A program made the position numbers and the translations under genes. Of a stretch of 64,000 nucleotides of DNA, positions 9,268 to 20,500 are shown one piece after another. This DNA comes from Cenarchaeum sp. (GTDB taxonomy: Archaea; Thermoproteota; Nitrososphaeria; Nitrososphaerales; Nitrosopumilaceae). Position 1 is the stretch's first letter; every line of letters begins with the position of its first letter. The notes under the pieces were generated by a model. That model made no database searches, was not told the DNA's origin, and saw only the letters and a program-made list of their open reading frames with translations. The stretch covers positions 640,001 to 704,000 of the forward strand of contig CBDESU010000001.1 of the NCBI GenBank assembly GCA_965242695.1, in the 5' to 3' direction.

Positions 9268-11428
9268 TCATATCTTGGCGGCCCTGTCGTACGCGGCGAG
9301 CGCCTCGGCGTGGCGCCCGAGCTTGCCGAGCGCATCGCCGCGCCCGGCATGCCCCGATGCAATCTCAGAGTCGATCTCCACGGCCCTGTCGTACGCGGCG
9401 AGCGCCTCGGCGTGGCGCCCGAGCTTGGAGAGCATTTCGCCGCGCCCGGCATGCCCCGATGCAATCTCAGAGTCGATCTCCACGGCCCTGTCGTACGCGG
9501 CGAGCGCCTCGGCGTGGCGCCCGAGCTTGGAGAGCATTTCGCCGCGCCCGGCATGCCCCGATGCAATCTCCGAGTCGATCTCCACGGCCCTGTCGTACGC
9601 GGCGAGCGCCTCGGCGTGGCGCCCGAGCTTGCCGAGCGCATCGCCGCGCCCTGCATGCGACAGGACATATCCGCCGTCGATCTCCACGGCCCTGTCGTAC
9701 GCGGCGAGCGCCTCGGCGTGGCGCCCGAGCTTGCCGAGCGCATCGCCGCGCCCGGCATTGCCCCGATGCAATCTCCGAGTCGATCTCCACGGCCCTGTCG
9801 TACGCGGCGAGCGCCTCGGCGTGGCGCCCGAGCTTGGAGATCATTTCGCCGCGCCCGGCATGCCCCGATGCAATCTCCGAGTCGATCTCCACGGCCCTGT
9901 CGTACGCGGCGAGCGCCTCGGCGTGGCGCCCGAGCTTGCCGAGCGCATCGCCGCGCCCGGCATGCCCCGATGCAATCTCCGAGTCGATCTCCACGGCCCT
10001 GTCGTACGCGGCGAGCGCCTCGGCGTGGCGCCCGAGCTTGCCGAGCGCATCGCCGCGCCCTGCATGCGACAGGACATATCCGCCGTCGATCTCCACGGCC
10101 CTGTCGTACGCGGCGAGCGCCTCGGCGTGGCGCCCGAGCTTGCCGAGCGCATCGCCGCGCCCGGCATGCCCCGATGCAATCTCCGAGTCGATCTCCACGG
10201 CCCTGTCGTACGCGGCGAGCGCCTCGGCGTGGCGCCCGAGCTTGCCGAGCGCATCGCCGCGCCCGGCATGCGATAGGACGTATCCGGCATCGATCTCCAC
10301 GGCCCTGTCGTACGCGGCGAGCGCCTCGGCGTGGCGCCCGAGCTTGCCGAGCGCATCGCCGCGCCCTGCATGCGACAGGACGTATCCGCCGTCGATCTCC
10401 ACGGCCCTGTCGTACGCGGCGAGCGCCTCGGCGTGGCGCCCGAGCTTGCCGAGCGCATCGCCGCGCCCGGCATGCCCCGATGCAATCTCCGAGTCGATCT
10501 CCACGGCCCTGTCGTACGCGGCGAGCGCCTCGGCGTGGCGACCGAGCTTGGAGAGCATTTCGCCGCGCCCGGCATGCCCCGATGCAATCTCCGAGTCGAT
10601 CTCCACGGCCCTGTCGTACGCGGCGAGCGCCTCGGCGTGGCGCCCGAGCTTGGAGAGCATTTCGCCGCGCCCGGCATGCCCCGATGCGATCCCGGTATCG
10701 ATCTCCACGGCCCTGTCGTACGCGGCGAGCGCCTCGGCGTGGCGGCCGAGCCATGCCAGCGCATCCCCGTTGCATGCTGCTATGACCGACGTCCGTTCGC
10801 CGGGACCGATGCCGTCGCACCGCTTGACGACGGCCTCGTAGCACTCGCGCGGCGGCGGCAGCTGCCGGCTTGCCTCGAACCGCTCGGCCGCCCTGGCCTT
10901 CGACATGTCCATTATGACGAGAGCCTCGGGCCATGCCGCAAGCATTATTCTGGCGAACTCCTCCACCGTCCAATACGAGATGCGACCGTCGATGAGCGCA
11001 TCGGCCATGGCGTGGACGACCGCATTGCGCTCCGGCGTCAGGCGGCCCAGGGCGGCGGCCATCTCCTTGGTGAGGATGCGGCCCATGCCGCACCTGTCGA
11101 GGACTGACCTGATGTCGTCGACCGACGAGATGTTCGTGTCCGCCGCGACGATATCGACCCATTCCATGCTCCTGCTGCGCTCAAAGGTGTCCCGCCGGAC
11201 GACCGCCGCGGCCTTGTCCTCCTCGGGGTGCTCCCTCAGGTAGGCGGCCAGGACGTACCTACATATCTGCTCGATCGCCGTCACAAGCCTGACGACCAGC
11301 ATGTTGAGGTCGTCTGGCTTGCAGCTGCCGAGCAATACGACGAGGCGGTAGAGCCTGTCGAACACCACTACCAGGCCACCGGGCGGCGAGGCTGCCGCCA
11401 TGCGAACGATAAACCACCTGCCGCCCAT
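9268..11428 (-). pseudogene. HEPN-like N-terminal domain plus 15 TPR repeats; 1-bp frameshift near 9758
   Basis: ERNAVVH (Rx4H) motif. 34-aa GRHAEALAAYDRAVEID repeats. Extra T (ggcattg vs ggcatg) splits the ORF. TATAAG at 11450-11455. Confidence 0.75.
9280..10770. repeat. 102-bp coding tandem repeat array (TPR), about 15 units
   Basis: Near-identical 102-bp units with a few alternating variants (SEIASGH/GGYVLSH; DALGK/EMLSK). Confidence 0.95.
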
Positions 11429-11685
11429 GCCCGGCGCCCCGCCGCGCTCCTTATACACCTTGCGGCTCTTGATCCTACCTCCTCCCACAGCGAATCTCCT
11501 GCGGCCGAGGCGCCGGGGCTCCCAGACTCCAGCCCTGTCCGGCGGGGCGGGGCGGGGCGGGGCGGGAAGGAGCGGCTAGCCTGCCGGCCCCCCGCCCTGG
11601 CGCCTCTGCCCCCCCCCCGCCTGCGCCCCTCCCCCCCATCCTCCGCGCCGCCAGACGTATAGCCCCGCCCAGGCGCGCCGCCGCG

Positions 11686-12105
11686 ATGATCCACGACGTC
11701 GCGTTCCGCGGCCACCCGAACGTCAGGTCGCTCCACCGGACAACGATCGAGGTGACGACGGCGCGCTCGCTCACGCCGGCCGGCGACTGCATCGTCGGAG
11801 TCGGGGCCGACTGCGGGTGCGCCGGGCTCCCCGACAGGCTAAGGGCGGAGCTGCGCGGCGGCCGGACGCGGGTGCGCATCACGCTGCTCGCCGGCGGCCT
11901 AGAGTACGCCGTAGTGGGGCGCGGCGATCCGCGCCTTGCCCTGTCGCACCCCGACGACATCGTAATACGGCGCAGCTCGTTCGCCTGCCCGCGCACGCTC
12001 GCCGTGGGGTGCGACGGCGCGGCCTCGGACGTGCCGCGCGAGATGGCATCGTACCTGTCGAGCCCGAACGCGCGCGGCGTGCTGCGCATAGAGGCGCCCA
12101 TATGA
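11686..12105 (+). CDS. DUF371 family archaeal conserved protein
   Basis: GHPNVRSLHRTTIEVT...LTPAGDCIVGV...DIVIRRS motifs. Confidence 0.85.
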   Translation: MIHDVAFRGHPNVRSLHRTTIEVTTARSLTPAGDCIVGVGADCGCAGLPDRLRAELRGGRTRVRITLLAGGLEYAVVGRGDPRLALSHPDDIVIRRSSFACPRTLAVGCDGAASDVPREMASYLSSPNARGVLRIEAPI

Positions 12106-12126
12106 CGGGCGGCGGCGCCCCGCGCC

Positions 12127-14004
12127 CTACTCCTTGCGCTTGGCGGCCGACCTTGCCGCGTCCCTGAGCGGGTTTGCGCTGCGCGACGACGCCCCGGACC
12201 CGAGGCGGTCGCGTATCTGCGCGAGGATCATCCCCGCGCCCTGCCCGCCGTACTTTTCGCCGCCCGGCCCGCCGCCGGCGGCCCCGGCCGCCGATCCGCT
12301 CCCCCCCGCGGCCCCCGCCCCGTCGATGATCGCGTCGATCTCGGTGCCCTTGTCGACGAGCACGTTGGCGACGTGGCCGTCGAGCGTGCCGTTGCCGATC
12401 AAATAGTACGCGAATACCGTATTCTTCTGCCCTATGCGGTGCAGCCTGTCCTCGGCCTGGAGGTGTATGGCGGGGCTCCAGTCGAGCTCGGCGAACACGA
12501 CGTACCGCGACGTGTTTAGGTTTATCCCGACGTTGCCGGCGCGCAGGCCGGCGACCATGAGCCTCGTCCCGCCGGACTGGAACGCGTCGATCGCGTCCTG
12601 CCTTGCCGAGTCGGACTGCCCGCCGATTATCGAGACCGGCGAGAACTGCGAGAGCCGCTCGCACAGCATCGCGTGGATCGACCGGTGGTGGCAGAACACG
12701 ACGACGCTCTCCTCGATCTCCATCGCGTTGCCGACAAAGTCGACGACATGCGGGACCTTTGCGGCCCCGGCGGCCTGCCGCTCGCGCTGTATGGCGCGCT
12801 GTATGGCCGTGTGTATCTCTGGGTTCGGCGTGCCCCTGCCGAGCGAGAGCGATCCCCTCTCGGACTCTAGCTTGTCCCATATGCGCCCGAGCTCCCTCAT
12901 GTAGTAGTCGGTGTCGGCGTCGATGTACTCCTTGTGGCGGACCTTGTCCTTGAGCTCGTCGAGGACGTCTGCCTTGCGGCGGCGCAGCATCACGTGCTTT
13001 TGCAGGTCGCGCCTGAGCTGCTCGCGCCTCCGCTCGAGCACTATCGCCTTGCCCCTGTCGTTGACGTAGCAGTAGTAGTTGCAGAACTCGGCAAAGCTGC
13101 CGAGCAGCCCGGGCTTTAGCATGTCGACGATGGGCCATATCTCCGAGCCGCGGTTGTATATGGGGGTGCCGGACAGCCCTATGCGGTGCTCTACGGTCGG
13201 CAGGTCGGACATCTTTCGGACGGCGGCGTACTTTTTCGTCGACTTTGAGCGCAGGTTCTGCACCTCGTCGCACACGATGGTCCGTATGCCGGCGGCGGCG
13301 AGCTCGTCGGCACGCCTGTCGAGCATCTCGTAGTTTATGATGTACAGGTCGTGCCTGCCAATGTCGCCGTCCTTGCCTCCCCGCACGATGGCCGACGACG
13401 GCGGCGTGTCGGCCATGACGCGGCCGTTGCGGCTCTTCCTGCGCATGAACCTGCCGATCTCGCGCTGCCAGTTCGGCAGTGTGACGAGCGGGGCCACGAT
13501 GAGGGCCGGCAGGGCGCCCTTTTCGGTCGCAAGGTACGCGAGCGTCTGGACGGTCTTGCCGAGGCCCATCTCGTCGGCGAGCAGCGCGTTGCCCGACGAC
13601 TTTATGAGAAAGTCCAGGCCGCTTGCCTGGAACTTTAGGAGCTTGCCGCTGAACTGGGGGCCGGGCTTTGCCCTGCCGAGCCTCGGCAGGCCGTCGTCGC
13701 CGGCGCCGCCCCTGCCGTTGCCGCCCGACTTGCCGCCCCTGGCGGCCGCCTTGGCCAGCCTTGCCGCCCGCCTCTTCCAGACGGCCGTCGATATGATCTC
13801 TAGGGGGTAGCGCTCTATTATCCACTTTAGGTGCGTTATGCTGCCGGCGTTGTCGGGGATGATGGCCTCGTCGGGGCCGTCGCCGCACCACGACTGCGGG
13901 ACGAGCTGCGAGACCATGCTCGCCGCGCGCGGCCCCGTCACCTTCCAGCTCCACGACTGCGAGTACTTGTCTAGTACGTACTCGAGCGTGCCAAAGTCCC
14001 TCAT
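12127..14004 (-). CDS. SNF2-family DNA helicase/ATPase
   Basis: LADEMGLGKT, DEVQ, LSGTPIYN, GINL and QAEDRLHRIGQ motifs. Confidence 0.95.
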   Translation of the reverse strand: MRDFGTLEYVLDKYSQSWSWKVTGPRAASMVSQLVPQSWCGDGPDEAIIPDNAGSITHLKWIIERYPLEIISTAVWKRRAARLAKAAARGGKSGGNGRGGAGDDGLPRLGRAKPGPQFSGKLLKFQASGLDFLIKSSGNALLADEMGLGKTVQTLAYLATEKGALPALIVAPLVTLPNWQREIGRFMRRKSRNGRVMADTPPSSAIVRGGKDGDIGRHDLYIINYEMLDRRADELAAAGIRTIVCDEVQNLRSKSTKKYAAVRKMSDLPTVEHRIGLSGTPIYNRGSEIWPIVDMLKPGLLGSFAEFCNYYCYVNDRGKAIVLERRREQLRRDLQKHVMLRRRKADVLDELKDKVRHKEYIDADTDYYMRELGRIWDKLESERGSLSLGRGTPNPEIHTAIQRAIQRERQAAGAAKVPHVVDFVGNAMEIEESVVVFCHHRSIHAMLCERLSQFSPVSIIGGQSDSARQDAIDAFQSGGTRLMVAGLRAGNVGINLNTSRYVVFAELDWSPAIHLQAEDRLHRIGQKNTVFAYYLIGNGTLDGHVANVLVDKGTEIDAIIDGAGAAGGSGSAAGAAGGGPGGEKYGGQGAGMILAQIRDRLGSGASSRSANPLRDAARSAAKRKE

Positions 14005-14444
14005 CGTCGCCTCCGTGGTTTTTGCGGGGCCGCGGCGGCCGCTTATGAACCTTGGCGGCCGGGCGATCGCGATCGCCGCGGCGCCTGCGGGCCGGGCGGG
14101 GGGAGGGACGGTACGCGCCTGCGGGCCGGGCGGGGGGAGGGCGGGGAGGATGAGGCGGGCGGCCCGCGGCCCGCTCCTGCGATCGCCCCGTGCGGCAGGG
14201 TTCGGGCGCGCCGGGATGCGGCCGCGCCCCTGGCCGGACTGCTATGCGCGCCGGCGCGGCGCAGGAGTGCCGGAGCCGATCGCCCGCCGATCGGGGCGCT
14301 GCGGCGGGGATCGGGCCTCTGCCCGCGGCCCGCCCTGCATGCCATTCTGGCCAAAGATCGCGCCGGGCCGTACCGTGGGCCCTTTCCTGCCCGGCGATTC
14401 TTGTCCTCTGGCCCGCGCGTAATGCTCCGCGCAGTAGGCGCGCA

Positions 14445-14753
14445 CTATCCCCCGCGTTCCCTCGCTTTCCGGCGGGCGGCGATCTCCCGTGTCGTGAGCA
14501 GCATCGACCCGGGCGGCTTCGGCTCCACCCGCCTCAGGCCTGCGATCGGCTGCGAGTTGCGCCGCCTCTCGGCTATGGCTCTCTGCGTCTCCGGCTCGTC
14601 GTAGTCTGGGTCTCCCGGGGTGGCCATGTTGCGGGTAAGATCCATCGCCCTTTTCACGGCCTCGACCTGCTTGGGAGAGGGCCCGCGCCTGAGCTTTTCC
14701 ACAAAGTCGTCCCACACGTCCGGCGGGAGCGGCGGCACCGGGGGCGGCAACAT
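14445..14753 (-). CDS. Small hypothetical protein, possibly antitoxin-like
   Basis: LPPDVWDDFVEKLRRGPSPKQVEAVKRA segment; protein-like composition unlike the shadow ORFs. Confidence 0.45.
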   Translation of the reverse strand: MLPPPVPPLPPDVWDDFVEKLRRGPSPKQVEAVKRAMDLTRNMATPGDPDYDEPETQRAIAERRRNSQPIAGLRRVEPKPPGSMLLTTREIAARRKARERGG

Positions 14754-15148
14754 TGCGAACGCGGCGACACGGCATGTTGATATGCGTTGCCTAGGCCTTG
14801 TTGAGATGCGACCGTGCGGGCGCTGGTGTACGAACGGCGCCATTCCGGCCCATAGAATGGACGTTTGTGAGGCAAACATGGCAAGCGGCATGCATAACGG
14901 CGCAAGCCGCACCAGGCCTTGAACGTGGCGGGCGAGGGGCGGCATTGGCCTGCGGGCGCCGGGGCGGCGCAGGCTGCCGGTGGACTTGCGATGCCCCGAC
15001 TCGCAGGGCGGGCGGCAGGAAGAGCCGCCAGCGCGTCGGTTGGCGTGTGAGCGGTGCGCCGGCATGATGCCTGCCATGTGCCGACTGTCCACTCCCGCCC
15101 AACATCTTCGCTTCCCGGGCCCTGGAGGGACTGACACCGCCACACTTC

Positions 15149-16534
15149 CTACTCTTCTGTTCCGCCCCGCCGCGCATTGAGCAGCGGGACGAGCCCCTCG
15201 TACGCGCGCCTCGCCTCGCCGGCGACGCCATCCTTTAGCAGCGCCCCGCCCTCCAGCATGCGCGCCGGCCGCACCTCAATACGCGCGATCGGATGGCGCA
15301 CGCTGTCCATCCCGGGTCGCACGGCCGCCGCTAGGCGCCGCCGCGCCTCGATGCGCGAGGCCGCCGAACCGCCCCTGTCCAGACCCTTCGGCTGGCGGGA
15401 GGCTGCACTCGCATCACTAACCTCGATGCGCTCGGCCTCCGCGCCCGGCCCGGCCGTGTCGCTCCATCGCACCTGCACGCCGCCCCGCGCGTCCATCTCG
15501 ACGGCAGCCGGCGGCGCATACGCCTCGGCCGCGGCCGCCCCCTCTAGCGCATTCTCGAGCAGCGCGATGTCCGCGGCCCTCTCGCCCCTGCCCCCAGACA
15601 GATTCCCGTAGAACCTGGCGTTGTACCCGGCCGCATCGTAGATTTTGTAGCTGCACGAGCGCTGCAGGGCGGGGTGCATCTCCGAGGCGCTCCATATTCC
15701 GCTGTCTGCGATCGTAAACGCGGCGGGCGACAGGAACAGCCGCGACAAAGACTGCGGCGCGAGCGCAACCCCGCCCCGCCTGCCGACTACAATCTCGGCC
15801 GGCTCCCACACCGGGCTGCGCCTCGGCTCCAGGGCTGCCGTTGCATCCCGCGCCAAGATGCCAAGCACGACGGGCCTTCCCGACGACTCGACGGCGGCCC
15901 TGCAGTCGCGCACGGCCCTCTGCAGATAGTGTCTGCCCTCGCCGCCGAACATGACGTGCCCGTACTCTACCACCCCGGTCGCGATGCAGCCGTATGCCCT
16001 GCCCGCCGCCTCCATCACGTTGTACATGGCGTACGGGACGTGGTCGAACAGGCCGTACTCTCCGATTCCGGCGTACCACGGCCGCACCTCTTGCACGCCG
16101 GACTCTGGCACGACGGCCGTGCGCCCGCCGGCGCCGCGCCCTATGAAGAAGCGCCCGCCGTGCTTCCCGCGCAGCTCTACGGCGCGCCGCACGGCCGATG
16201 CGGCTTCCGAGAGGATCGCGCCGTGCGGGCCGTCCGGGACCTCGCCGTCCAGGGCCGCGCCGAGCACGGCCAGGGCGGCGGGATCCCATTGCTCGAACTC
16301 GGGCGGCAGGCGCGCCTTGCCGGGCGGGGGGAGGATCGCGGCGCCCGCGCCGTGGACGGCCCGCCACGCCCCGCACTCGCTCCACTCGGGAGGCGGCGCG
16401 GGCGGGGGATGGTCAGGGCGCCGGCCGTCCCCTGCGCGGCCGGCCGCCGGCGTCGGCCTCGTGTTCTCCATCGATGGGGGCCAGTGGAGGCGGCCCTCGC
16501 CGCGGTCCGTCTCTAGCCCGCCCCACTCGCCCAT
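15149..16534 (-). CDS. Hypothetical protein (461 aa)
   Basis: Long ORF with normal aromatic content; ATTAAT box about 22 nt upstream. Confidence 0.65.
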   Translation of the reverse strand: MGEWGGLETDRGEGRLHWPPSMENTRPTPAAGRAGDGRRPDHPPPAPPPEWSECGAWRAVHGAGAAILPPPGKARLPPEFEQWDPAALAVLGAALDGEVPDGPHGAILSEAASAVRRAVELRGKHGGRFFIGRGAGGRTAVVPESGVQEVRPWYAGIGEYGLFDHVPYAMYNVMEAAGRAYGCIATGVVEYGHVMFGGEGRHYLQRAVRDCRAAVESSGRPVVLGILARDATAALEPRRSPVWEPAEIVVGRRGGVALAPQSLSRLFLSPAAFTIADSGIWSASEMHPALQRSCSYKIYDAAGYNARFYGNLSGGRGERAADIALLENALEGAAAAEAYAPPAAVEMDARGGVQVRWSDTAGPGAEAERIEVSDASAASRQPKGLDRGGSAASRIEARRRLAAAVRPGMDSVRHPIARIEVRPARMLEGGALLKDGVAGEARRAYEGLVPLLNARRGGTEE

Positions 16535-16582
16535 GCTGGGCCCAGGCCGACCTGGGATTAATGGCTGCCGGCGGCCCGCCGG

Positions 16583-16732
16583 CTACTCCTCGCCGCCTTG
16601 GTTGTGGGCCTGGACCGAGTGCGGCGGCGTGTTCTCGTCGTGGCACTCGCACCTGCACTTGTACGTGCTGTGGTTGCTCAGGCAGTCGATGCACTCGTAG
16701 TGCCTGCGCCTCTCGCATGCAGAGCAGATCAC
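16583..16732 (-). CDS. 49-aa Cys/His-rich microprotein (putative Zn finger), below the ORF-track cutoff
   Basis: Hand translation MICSACERRRHYECIDCLSNHSTYKCRCECHDENTPPHSVQAHNQGGEE; TTTTGAA box at 16754-16760. Confidence 0.65.
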   Translation of the reverse strand: MICSACERRRHYECIDCLSNHSTYKCRCECHDENTPPHSVQAHNQGGEE

Positions 16733-17506
16733 GGCCCGTGGGCGCGGCGGTGGTTCAAAAGTGTTTCTGTGTGGCGGGGAGGGGACGGTGGTGGGCGTGG
16801 ACTGGACGCCGCGTGGAGGGGTCGAGTCGTCCTGTGTTCGTGTGGATGGGTACTATTGCCTAGAGGCCGACCGCGCACTTGGAGGCAGAACAGGCGCGCG
16901 GCGGTACGCGATTGCGGACCCATTGACAAGATTGCACCCTGCCGTGCGACAGGTGGCAGAGAATGCACCACTACGCACCAATGCACCAAGGCACTGGTCG
17001 TGCATCGCGGGCGGTGGAGACGGCCTGCACAGCCGAACGATTGACCTCATGTTGTGTCGAACGTGGCTCGGCGTCTGTGCCAGACATGGTTTTCACCCTA
17101 CGGTGGTGGTTCAGATGCGAACGCCGGCTTGTCGCATGTCGGCCGATCATCTTCTGCCGCTGGGGTGCAGACTGCCGTCTGTTCTGTAGGCTAGGCAACG
17201 GGTCATCCGCCTGACTTCTAGCGGTTGAGTACCCTTGCCGCCGTGCAGGTCTCTCCGAGCCCTGCTTGCCTCGTACGGATGCTCTCCTCGCAGGACAGTC
17301 TACACTCCTCTTTTTCCGACTTGCACTTGTAATTTCTTGCATTTCCTGGGCTTTTTTCTGCTATTTGTCATTAATTTAACGCTTAAACTGCCATAGGATG
17401 TGAATATTAGGGGCTATTTGGCCAAAAAATTGGCTTGATGCACGCCTACCTTCCGATGGATTTAATATACCACAATTGCGGCGCGCGGATTAAGAGGTAG
17501 CAAGCA

Positions 17507-20500
17507 GTGTATCATCAACCTAGATCAGTGTATCAAAGGCCGACCGCAAGCAGGGCCCGCGCCGGCTTGGCGAAACGCAACTCTTCGGCCGCCGGTCGGG
17601 GGGGGGGGGATGCAGGAGCTGCCAGCCTCAGCAGCATCATGGGGGCGGCGCCCTCGCCAATAAAAGAGGAGGCATTTGAGGCACATCTGTCGGATGGCAA
17701 GATGCGACGCTTTGTCCTGTACGCAACCGTCTTGGTCGCGGCTCTGTCTTTGACGATGGTCATATCCTTGGTAGATGTCAACCAGTCAGCATTGTCATGG
17801 GACGGCGGGCTGACGCTCTTACCATATGCCGCTGCACATGTGGCCAGCGGATCGTCTGTGGATAAGGGCGGCATCACTGGTGGCGATCATGCAGCAGAAC
17901 ATGCGCTTCACAGGCCGGTCGAACGGCTTCTGCATCCGAGCGCACTATCCCTGTCATGGTACCCTCCGGTTGGCGGGGGTATCGCAGAACTTGTCTTTAC
18001 GGTGACGTATGCTGGGGACATGCGGCAGGGCAATAGTGATACACAAGAATCTATTGCGCCGCCCGTCGTCCGCCTTGATGTGGCAGGATCAGAGTATACA
18101 GACCTGTACCGCGTCACGAACATTACGTCGAACATTGGGACTATTGCTCCCGACGTCTTTGAACCATACGATCCAGAGACCGAGACGGTCAAGGCCGATC
18201 TTGGAGCTACCTATACGGTGCGAGCCTTGGTTGAGTTTGTCGCCGAGGACTTTGTCCCCGTGTACGCTGTCGGGTTTGACGGCGACGTTGTAACTGTTGT
18301 TGTGGCCGCTTCAGAGCTCGTATCGATGCCATACTCCGAGTACGTGACCATGCACCAGGACTATCTTGACAACGAGCCTGACACACCTGCACCAGGCTAC
18401 GCGTCACGTGCTGGCGCATTTGCGACGGAAAAGAAACGTGTCGATGACCATCTTGAATCGTCATTACAATTGCCGCCCTCTTCTCCTTCCACACGACTTG
18501 GTGAGTCTTCTATGCAGCATACGTTCAATGCCACCGGGACGGTAATGGGGGAAAATGCTACAGGCGAACTTGTACCTGTGCATGGAATAGGTGTATGTGT
18601 GTACGACCGGACATCTCCTTCTGATTACACCCTGTTGAACACCACGGCGGGAGAGCCGGCATGCAACTATACCGATACCAGTGGGAGGTATGAGATATTG
18701 CGCGTAAACGGGGCTGACCCGGACGACATGACATCTGCCGACGTATTCGTCTCGGTCGAGTCACACGGGTACGGCGGCGCAATCGATCTCTGGTTATACG
18801 ATCTGGACTATGGAGTAGATTGGTACTACACCGACTCTGATACAGAATCTGATTATAGTGGAGCCCTACTCGTCAAAGACTTTGACCTCCGCGACGACGA
18901 TCGCGATGATGATGGGATGGCCGGAGCTGCCAGGATAATAGATGCCATATCGGATGGGATGGCATTCTTTGAGGTTTACGGTCAGGATCCTACACACTTG
19001 ACGGTCATGTGGAACCACATGGATGGGTCGCGTGCATTTTCGGGATTTTCTGGCATTTTTGATGACGGTGCATATTACACACGATCCACAGCTACAATAT
19101 TTCTAGACGGTAACAGTAGCAAGACAAGCGACGATTCACGTGGAAGGTACACAATTTTACACGAGTTTGGTCACCATATACACTACGTTCATGATCCCGA
19201 CTTTGAGCAGGATTGCCAAGAACATTATCTTGATGAAAAATACGACGAAGCATGTGCGTGGGGCGAGGGGTGGGCAGGTCTCGTGCCACATTTGGTCGAC
19301 GAGGGCGATGAACTGCCAGATGGCGTAGATGGTATCAGGGTCAACATAGAGGCAGGGCTTGACATTTATCCTGATAAAACCCTTTCATTCGATACCTTTG
19401 AAGCGTCTGGCCGTCCCGTGGGCGAAAAGGTAGAGGGATCGGTCGCAGCTGCAATGTGGGACATGATAGATGATGCAGTGGATCCCATTTACGACACCTC
19501 CAAACCTGGCAGGCCTGAGGGTGCCGACGACATGTCATCTGGTGTGGATGGCTTACTAGGTGTATTTTTTGCCGATACATATGACAACTTTGCCGACTTT
19601 TATGACCGGTGGGAGATCGATATGCGGAGCGCCTCGGCCGAGAGCGTTGCCATCCTGCATGGCATGTCGTTTGCCATACCTAGCAACACGTCGTATTATG
19701 AGTTTATCGATGAGCTAGATGGCGTGTTCAAGTATGGTGGGGTGTCTGATCTACCCTTTATGCCAAATTACGTAGATATTTCTCACGATGGCTCGACTGT
19801 TGCTGTAACATCCGTTTTTGGGCATGGCATACAGATAATCGATGCAGAAACCGGTGCGCACAAGAACTTGCACTCCGCATATGGATACGATTATGCATGC
19901 TTGCTAGAAGCAAATCCATCTGTTTGTCTAAACGATCACACGGCACGTGGCACGGCCAATCTGGGGTTGGGTGGATTTTCAAGTATGGATGGAATCTCGT
20001 TTGGTTTAAACTCAAGCGTATTACTCGTGTCAGACAAATTCCAAAACCGTGTTCAAGTAATTGGATCTGACGGCAGACCCAACGGGGAATTTGGCACAAC
20101 TGGTGACGGCAATGGTGAATTTCGAATACCGTACGGAATCACATTTCTAAAAGACAATATGACGGTCGCTGTGGCCGACAGCGCAAACAGTCGTATTCAA
20201 ACATTTGAAGTTGGTAATAACGGCCATGTAGAATACAATAGCCAGTTTGAATCGTACAACACAGAAGGCAATCCATCCCGTAATATTTGGCAGCAGCTAG
20301 CAACAGGCCCAGACGGCGCCCTATACGCGGCTGGTTATATGCCACCAAGCCTGATGCCACCAAGTACTCGAATACCTCCCAGCATGTGGATATACCCAAC
20401 GCCCCACGACACCTCTACTGCCACACGCATTGACGACCTGTCGATGATCAACTTGGGTGGGATCGCAGTAGATCATGGGGGCCTTGTCTATGTCTCGGAC

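Noticed and set aside
9280-10770. Regular repeat array as a possible CRISPR
   Set aside because: Period is 102 bp, there are no unique spacers, and it translates as TPR motifs.
16740-17460. Lower-GC intergenic stretch with several short ORFs
   Set aside because: No recognisable motif, RNA fold or repeat; no feature can be supported.
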